Shown piece after piece: positions 24,657 to 32,623 of a stretch of 32,623 nt of DNA. The notes below the pieces were generated by a model. The model had not been told where the DNA came from. It searched no databases and saw only the letters and a program-made list of their open reading frames with translations. Made by a program: the position numbers and the translations under genes. Positions within the stretch are counted from its first letter, which is position 1; the number at the start of each line of letters is the position of its first letter. Origin of the DNA: Phoronis australis (Eukaryota; Animalia; Phoronida). The stretch spans positions 997,437 through 1,030,059 of the forward strand of contig NMRA01000025.1 in NCBI GenBank assembly GCA_002633005.1, in the 5' to 3' direction.

Positions 24657-26004
24657 TGTCGAGGGCACTTGGAGGTAATTTAGACCGTGCTGAATCCAAA
24701 GCAATTGTATACCGGTCTGGATTATACCGGCATAACCCTCAAATCAATAGATNAAAAAGTCGCATCACAATATGGACAAATTTGCGATACCAATTGCGTT
24801 GTGAAAATGGCCTTAATGCTTTGATTTTGGTACAATGACTTGTAGTTTTATATTTATTCAATAGATAGTTGATATTGTTCCTATTACATGTTTTACGATA
24901 CAGATTTTGTCTATGAAATATATAGTATATTTTGTCCGTGACAAGAATAGTGGGATCTAAAACCTGTACAAAATTGCTTAAATGTAAGCCAGGCGATTTG
25001 AGAACTTGGGACAGATGTGCTTAAAGTTAAGCGAGATTTATTTAACACTTGTGGCTTAATTTTAAGCCAGAGTAGGATATGTCCATTCCAGAACTTGTAC
25101 AGCTATTCTTAAATTTAAGCGGGATTCATGTTACACTTGCGCTTGATTTTAAGCCAGACTAGGAGATGTCGATTCCAGAACTTTTAGAGCTATTCTTAAA
25201 TTTAAGCAGGATTTGTTACTTACACTTGCAAATTTTATGCTTGAGTGGGAGATGGCGGTGTTAAAACTTGTACATCTATTCTTGATTTAAGCGGGATTTA
25301 TGTTACTTACACTTGTGCTTAATTTTAATCCAGAGTAGGAGATAGCGATTTTGAAACATGTACAGCTATTCTTAAATTTAAGCGGGATTTATGTTACACT
25401 TGTGCTTAATTTTAAGCCAGATTAGGAGATGACAGTTTTGAAACTTGTACAGATATTCTTAAGTTTAAGCGGGATTTATGTTACACTTGCGCTTAATTTT
25501 AAGCCAGACTAGGAAATGGCGATTTTGAAACGTATACAGCTATTCTTAAGTTTAAGCGGGATTTATGTTACACTTGTGCTTAATATTAAGCCAGACAAGA
25601 TGGCGATTTTGAAACTTGTACAGTTATTCTTAAATTTAAGCAGGATTTATGTGAGTGAGACTTGTGCTTAATTTTAAGCCAGAGTAGGAGATGTTGATTT
25701 CAGAATTTGTACAGATATGCTTAAATTCAAGCGGGGTTTATGACACTTACACTAACCTTGTGCTTAATTTTAGGCTCGAATAGGAGATGACGCTTTTAAA
25801 GCTTGCACAGATATTCTTAAACTTAAGCGGTGTTGATGTTACTTGTTTCATTATTTATCAAAATCTGCCTATAAAATCGTGACTTTGGACCAAAAGAGAA
25901 AAGTTTAAATTTTCAGAGGAACCGGTTAGATGATTTAGATTCAGCACCCTGAAATTAATCAAGATAAATCGTCAGACTTGTATTACCCCCAAATGCCCTC
26001 GACA
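24657..26004. mobile_element. Non-autonomous TIR element enclosing an internal tandem array
   Basis: TGTCGAGGGCACTTGGAGGTAAT at 24657 versus reverse complement TGTCGAGGGCATTTGGGGGTAAT ending at 26004 (21/23). Confidence 0.7.
24960..25845. repeat. AT-rich minisatellite, ~87-bp unit, ~10 copies
   Basis: tacag anchor at 25010, 25098, 25185, 25271, 25361, 25448, 25535, 25619, 25710, 25806; consensus approx. gaaacttgtacagctattcttaaatttaagcgggatttatgttacacttgtgcttaattttaagccagactaggagatggcgatttt. Confidence 0.92.
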
Positions 26005-26094
26005 TCATTGCCTGATGTCTTTTTTTGAAATATGTGTATAGTTTTAATTATTCTTAATAAAAATTACTGTAAAATGAACTTGATTACAGCTTTG

Positions 26095-26660
26095 TACCTG
26101 CCTACTTTCTTATCCATCTAAATCTACCTGCTGAGATATGCATAACTAAATCTACATATCTTAATACCTGAATCTACATAACACTAAAACCAACCTACTT
26201 TTTGCCCCCCTAAATTTACCTAACTAGGTGTACCCACCTAAATTTACCCTTGCACCTGTTATAAATTTACCTACTTACCTAAACTACCTTCTTGCCTATC
26301 TTCCGAAATGTACCTAACTTTCTATATCTACCTTCTTACATATCTTCCTGAATCTACATACCTTTCTACCCACTTAAATCCGCCTACCTACTTACCAACA
26401 TTTGCCAAAAGTCTACCTACTTTCATGTCTACCTACTTACATGTGCCTATATACCTACCTACGTAATAACCCAATCACATAGATACCTAATTTTATCTTT
26501 CGACTTACCTACCAACATTTACTGTCATTGCTACGTCCTTTAATACGTTAAGTCACTTTCCTACCTACCTACCTACCTACCTAAATAATGATAATCTATC
26601 TGCCTACCTACATACATGTACCTACATTTCGCTACAAATATTTACCTACACTCCCACATA
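26095..26660. repeat. Degenerate (CTAC)n low-complexity region
   Basis: Many ctacct/acctac units; pure run at 26561-26583. Confidence 0.8.
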
Positions 26661-26835
26661 CCTTCACACCACTGTCACAATATTCTAATTCCCACTAGTA
26701 GACCTAAGAAGCACAATCAGTCACATTTCAAAGGTTACGACAGTTTGGAGAGTTACGCTAGTTGGTGGTCTAACAGGGGCGCATGAGGCGAAAGCAAAAC
26801 CTTGTCAGTTCCTCTTCTGACCTTGCCACTGATTC

Positions 26836-27688
26836 GGATTGTTCTGAAACCTCCACGACCCCCACACCCCACGACTCCCTAGACCTACGACCCCGTCAAC
26901 CCATAACCCTATCGATACTCGACCCACAACCCTCTCGAACCACGACATGTGCAATTGATTACCTTTTTGCACATTTCACAATCATGTTTCGTAGCTGAAT
27001 GACTTTCCCATAAGACTTCCCTACACGTGAATCTGATCTGGCTCAAGTCTGGTGGTTGAAAACAGAAAGAGGTGTAAGAACATGATCTGATATTGGGGAT
27101 TTTTTCACGAGCTAGCATGCCAGTAAAATAGTTCCACGAGCGGCTACCAATGGCTCTGTTCTACTAAAGTTAGTTACATAGTACCTTCACGTGAATGGAC
27201 GTGTTTTCACATTTCTATCATTTTTGTGTTGTATACTCGCTTAAAATACACTTCATGTAACGTTGAAATACTTTTTAGCTAACAGTTTGCTTTTTAAACT
27301 GTTTTTACTGCACGTTGCACTCTCCTAAAAAAGCTTGACTCTGCCATTCACTGAAGAGCAGACCAGACGATTACACTTTGGGCCAGGAACGACATCGGTA
27401 ACGTTGGCAGGTCTTCGATTTGACTTCATCGCGATATTTTTTTCTGTTTTGGTTTGATTTGCCGAATCGACTCGCTTGATTGCAAAAAACAAAGAAAAGC
27501 CATCCGAGCTCACGGCCAAGTCAGTGCTTTTTCTATGTTCAGATCGTGTCCAGCTTGTGTAGACTGGGTATAGGGGGTTGTGGGCCGTGGATCGAGGGGT
27601 CGTGGGTCGAGTGTCGATGGTGTTATGGGTCGACGAGGTTGTGGATCGAGGGGGTCCTGGGGAATCGAGAGTTTTTTTTAACAACGGT
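26836..27688. mobile_element. Foldback-type element with long modular inverted ends (CGACC-rich)
   Basis: 26880-26946 (gacctacgaccccgtcaacccataaccctatcgatactcgacccacaacc) matches the reverse complement of 27585-27650 (gatccacaacctcgtcgacccataacaccatcgacactcgacccacgacc). Confidence 0.65.
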
Positions 27689-28644
27689 TGCTCAAGTCAA
27701 CGCCATTCTTGTAATGAAATAAATTCCAGTTACTTAATTTTGTTGTTTGCTTCTACTTCATCTATGGCACATGTTTGCAACCACAACAATCACACGATTT
27801 GTATATTTTCAAAACCTGCCGAAAAACGCTTTCAGATTGCTCATCAGAGGCCACGGTTCAATCTTACCAGGCAACGAATTCTATTAGCTTTTGAGTTTGA
27901 AGTGAGAGTAAAATGAATTTGAAAATATTACGTGCCTCCTGCATCATCTGCCATTAGGTGTGAGCAAAAAGATATTTTCTGTGTAATCTCAGTTTAAGCT
28001 GCTTACAGGCATTTCTGAGCTACTATTACAGAGAAATTTATCCCCACGTATAGCCGTCCAGGCTAATTTACAATCGGCAAAATTTAAATTTAAAAAATAC
28101 CATTGTGTTGCAAACCATAGTCGAAAAAGTAACACTGAATTCACGTTTTTAACTCTTCTTTGACCCTATTTGTTAACAAGAAGGTTATGACAAAATCACA
28201 ACAAATTCTAACATAAGTTGCAGCGCCCCTATTGAAAACAGTGTTTCAATTGTTGAATTTGACTCCTAAAGTTAGTTCCCAGTTTGTGACTTTTGAACAC
28301 ATGATTGCAACCAAGTAGGTTGTCCTCATCCATCATGCATGAAAGCAAACACATTGCTTGAGTTTCAAGATATGTGTTGAAATTCTTGCCTATGATGCAA
28401 ATGGCTAAATAAAGTACATATTACTAGTATGGATCTCTGAAAGCATTAGCGGAATGCAAATTTAATGAAATCAAAATAAATCATTCACAATATGCAACAA
28501 TAAACAATTAGAAAAGAAACACCACTGACTGCAATTGAACATCTATTATAAAATTTTTATCAGGTTTATATAGCTAATGCTTGCCATAAAAGGGCACGTG
28601 TACATTTATTTTGCTACATTGTATGCGACAACTAGAGGCCCTTT

Positions 28645-31600
28645 CCGAAGGCAGCGCAGGCAGGCTCCGGCGTAGCCCTTAGGCGGGCCGCAGCCAAGCT
28701 GCCGAAGGCAGCGCAGGCAGGCTCCGGCGTAGCACTTAGGCGGGCCGCAGCCAAGCCGCCGAAGGCAGCGCAGGCATGCTCCGGCGTAGCACTTAGGCGG
28801 GCCGCAGCCANGCCTTTTCAAATTAGCCGGTGGAGCGTGAGACCCCTGAGGTCCCAATCGAGTCCTCACGACAACTTTGCGTTATGGTGTCGGTAGCACT
28901 TAGGCGGGCCGCAGCCAGGCTGCCGAAGGCAGCGCAGGCAGGCTCCGGCGTAGCACTTAGGCGGGCCTCAGCCAGGCTGCCGAAGGCAGCGCAGGCAGGC
29001 TCCGTCGTAGCACCTAGGCGGGCCTCAGCCAGGCTGCCGAAGGCAGCGCAGGCAGGCTCTGGCGTAGCACTTAGGCGGGCTTCAGCCAGGCTGCCGAAGG
29101 CAGCGCAGGAAGGCTCCGATGTAGCACTTAGGCGGGCCTCAGCCAAGCTGCCGAGGGCAGCGCAGGCAGGCTCCGGCGTCGGTAGCAGTTAGGCGGGCCT
29201 CAGCCAGGCTGTCGAAGGCAGCGCAGGCAGGCTCCGGCGTAGCACTTAGGCGGGCCTCGGCCAAGCTGCCGAGGGCAGCGCAGGCAAGCTCCGGTGTAGC
29301 ACTTAGGCGGGCCTCGGCCAAGCTGCCGAGGGCAGCGCAGGCAGGCCCCGGCGTAGCACTTATGCGGGCCTCAGCCAATCTGCCGAAGGCAGCGCAGGCA
29401 GGCTCCGGCGTAGCACTGAGGCGGGCCTCAGCCAAGCTGCCGAGGGCAGCGCAGGCAGGCTCCGGCGTAGCACGGAGGCGGGCCTCAGCCAAGCTGCCGA
29501 GGCAGCGCAGGCAGGCTCCGGCGTAGCACTGAGGCAGGCCTCGGCCAAGTTGCCGAGGGCAGCGCAGGCAGGCTCCGGCGTAGCACTGCGGGCCTCAGCC
29601 AAGCTGCCGAGGGCAGCGCAGGCAGACTCCGGCGTAGCACTGAGGCGGGCCTCAGCCAAGCTGCCGAGGGCAGCGCGGGCAGGTTCCGGCGTAGCACTGA
29701 GTCGGGCCTCAGCCAAGCTGCCGCGGGCAGGGCAGGCAGGCTCTGGCGTAGCACTGAGGCGGGCCTCAGCCAAGCTGCCGAGGGCAGCACAAGGAGGTTC
29801 CGCCGTAGCACTTAGGCGGGCCTCGGCCAAGCTGCCAAGGGCAGCGCAGGCAGGCTCTGGCGTAGCACTTAGGCGGACCTCGGCCAAGCTGCCGAGGGCA
29901 GCGCAGGCAGGCTCCAGCGTAGCACTTAGGCGGGCCTCGGCCAAGCTGCCGAAGGCATCGTAGGCAGGCTCCGGCGTAGCAATTAGGCGGGCATCGGAAA
30001 AGCTGCCGAAGACAGCGCAGGCAGGCTCCGGCATAGCACTTAGGCGTTCCTCGGCCAAGCTGCCGAAGGCAGCGAAGGCAGGGTCTGCCGTAGCACTGAG
30101 GCGGGCCTCAGCCAAGCTCCCGAGGGCAGCGCAGGCAGGCTCCGGCGTAGCACTTAGGCGGGCCTCGGCCAAGCTGCCGAGGGCAGCGCAGGCAGGCTCC
30201 GGCGTAGCACTAAGGCGGGCCTCAGCCAAGCTGCCGAGGGCAGCGCAGGCAGGCTCTGGCGTAGCACTGATGCGGGCCTCCGCCAAGCTGCCGAGGCAGC
30301 GCAGGCAGGCTCCGTCGTAGCACTGAGGCGGGCCTCAGCCAAGCTGCCGAGGGCAGCGCAGGCAGGCTCCGGCGTAGCACTGAGGCGGGCCTCAGCCAAG
30401 CTGCCGAAGGCAGCGCAGGCAGGCTCCGACGTAGTACTTAGGCGGGCCCCAGTCAAGCTGCCTCCGGCGTAGCACTTAGGCGGGCCTCAACCAGCTTGCC
30501 GAAGGCAGCGCAGGCAGGATCCGGCATAGCACTTAGGCGGGCCTCAGCTAGGCTGACGAAGACAGCGCAGGCAGGCTACGGCGTAGCACTTCGGCGGGCC
30601 TCAGCCAGGCTGCCGAAGGCAGCACAGGTAGGCTCCGGCATAGCACTTAGGCGGGCCTCGGCCAAGCTGCCGAAGGCAGCGCAAGCAGGGTCTGCCGTAG
30701 CACTGAGGCGGGCCCCAGCCAAGCTGCCGAAGGCAGCGCAGGCAGGCTCCGACGTAGTACTTAGGCGGGCCCCAGTCAAGCTGCCTCCGCCGTAGCACTT
30801 AGGCGGGCCTCAACCAGCTTGCCGAAGGCAGCGCAGGCAGGATCCGGCATAGCACTTAGGCGGGCCTCAGCTAGGCTGACGAAGACAGCGCAGGCGGGCT
30901 ACGGCGTAGCACTTCGGCGGGCCTCAGACAGGCTGCCGAAGGCAGCACAGGTAGGCTCCGGCATAGCACTTAGGCGGGCCTCGGCCAAGCTGCCGAAGGC
31001 AGCGCAAGCAGGGTCTGCCGTAGCACTGTGGCGGGCCCCAGCCAAGCTGCCGAAGGCAGCGCAGGCAGGCTCCGACGTAGTACTTAGGCGGGCCCCAGTC
31101 AAGCTGCCTCCGGCGTAGCACTTAGGCGGGCCTCAACCAGCTTGCCGAAGGCAGCGCAGGCAGGATCCGGCATAGCACTTAGGCGGGCCTCAGCTAGGCT
31201 GACGAAGACAGCGCAGGCAGGCTACGGCGTAGCACTTCGGCGGGCCTCAGCCAGGCTGCCGAAGGCAGCACAGGTAGGCTCCGGCGTAACACTTAGGCGG
31301 GCCTCAGCATAGCTTCTGAAGGCACCGCAGGCATTCTCGGCATAGCGCTTAGGCGGGCCTCAGCCAAGCTGCCGAGGCAGTGAAGGCAGGCTCCGGCGTA
31401 GCACTGAGGCGGGCCTCAGCCAAGCTGCCGAGGGCAGCGCAGGCAGGCTCTGGCGTAGCACTGAGGCGGGCCTCAGCCAAGCTGCCAAGGCAGCGCAGGC
31501 AGGCTCCGGCGTAGCACTGAGGCGGGCCTCAGCCAAGCTGCCGAGGGCAGCGCAGGCCGCAGAGGCTCCTGCGTAGCACTTAGGCGGGCCTCGACCAAGT

Positions 31601-32623
31601 TGCCGAGGGCAGCGCAGGCAGGCTCCGGCGTAGCACTGAGGCGGGCCTCAGCCAAGCTGCCGAGGGCAGCGCAGGCAGGCTCCGGTGTAGCACTGAGGCG
31701 GGCCTCAGCCAAGCTGCCGAGGGCAGCGCAGGCAGGCTCCGGCGCAGCACGGAGGCGGGCCTCATCCAAGCTGCCGAGGGCAGCGCGGGCAGGTTCCGGC
31801 GTAACACTGAGGCGTGCCTCAGCCAAGCTGCCGCGGGCAGCACAGGCAGGTTCCGGCGTAGCACTTAGGTGGGCCTCGGCCAAGCTGCCCAGGGCAGTGC
31901 AGGCAGGCTCTGGCGTAACACATAGGCGGGCCTCGGCGAAGCTGCCAAAGGCATCGCAGGCAGGCTCCGGCCTAGCACTTAGGCGGGCCTCGGCCAAGCT
32001 GCCGAAGGCAGCGCAGGCAGGGTCTGCCGTAGCACTGAGGCGAGCTTCAGCCAAGCTGTCGAGGGCAGCGCAGGCAGGCTCCGGCGTAGCACTTAGGCGG
32101 GCCTTGGCCAAGCTGCAGAGGGCAGCGCAGGCAAGCTCCGGCGTAGTACTGAGAGGGGCCTCGGCCAAGCTGCCGAGGGCAGCGCAGGCAGGCTCCGGTG
32201 TAGAACTGAGGCGGGCCTCAGCTAGGCTGACGAAGACAGCGCAGGCAGGCTACGGCGTAGCACTTCGGCGGGCCTCAGCCAAGCTGCCGAGGCAGCGCAG
32301 GCAGGCTCCGTCGTAGCACTGAGGCGGGCCTCAGCCAAGCTGCCGAGGGCAGCGCAGGCAGGCTCCGGCGTAGCACTGAGGCGGGCCTCAGCCAAGCTGC
32401 CGAGGCAGCGCAGGCAGGCTCCGGCGTAGCACTGAGGCGGGCCCCAGTCAAGCTGCCTCCGGCGTAGCACTTAGGCGGGCCTCAACCAGCTTGCCGAAGG
32501 CAGCGCAGGCAGGATCCGGCATAGCACTTAGGCGGGCCTCAGCTAGGCTGACGAAGACAGCGCAGGCAGGCTACGGCGTAGCACTTCGGCGGGCCTCAGC
32601 CAGGCTGCCGAAGGCAGCACAGG
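28645..32623. repeat. GC-rich satellite, 57-bp unit, ~70 copies, continuing beyond the window
   Basis: Unit gccaagctgccgagggcagcgcaggcaggctccggcgtagcacttaggcgggcctca; one ~80-bp non-repeat interruption at 28812-28890; 323-bp higher-order periodicity at 30400-31270. Confidence 0.97.

Noticed and set aside
24790-24816. Harbinger-like right end gtgaaaatggcct-taa enclosing the orphan gene
   Set aside because: No matching left TIR found in the window.
24960-25845. CRISPR-like regularly spaced palindromic repeats
   Set aside because: Intervening sequences are homologous to each other rather than unique spacers; eukaryotic context and no cas genes.
30550-30570. CTGACGA hammerhead-ribozyme core in satellite variants
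   Set aside because: No downstream GAAA core or supporting stems; it is a point variant of ctgccgaag.

Overview
Repeat-rich eukaryotic (probably marine invertebrate) genomic DNA with GT-AG introns; no prokaryotic features. (1) The first three coding exons of a secreted Cu/Zn superoxide dismutase (SOD3-like) lie on the minus strand at 11787-11730, 9278-9163 and 3025-2826; the remaining exons are probably left of the window. The protein has an unusual aromatic-rich loop insertion and a CCS-like CxxC. (2) Its 6.1-kb intron 2 holds a three-level nest: a decayed LINE, interrupted by a full-length DD34D mariner, itself interrupted by an LTR-less 1-kb BEL/Pao gag-protease fragment. (3) A phase-consistent, roughly 11-exon plus-strand gene (17396-24249, ~417 aa, coiled-coil/basic/acidic) has no family I recognise. 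(4) Several non-autonomous TIR elements are present, one enclosing an 87-bp palindromic satellite. (5) A GC-rich 57-bp satellite of at least 4 kb, with a 323-bp higher-order repeat, begins at a Helitron-like 3' end and runs off the window. All gene models were assembled by eye; single 'n' bases at several sites indicate local assembly uncertainty.
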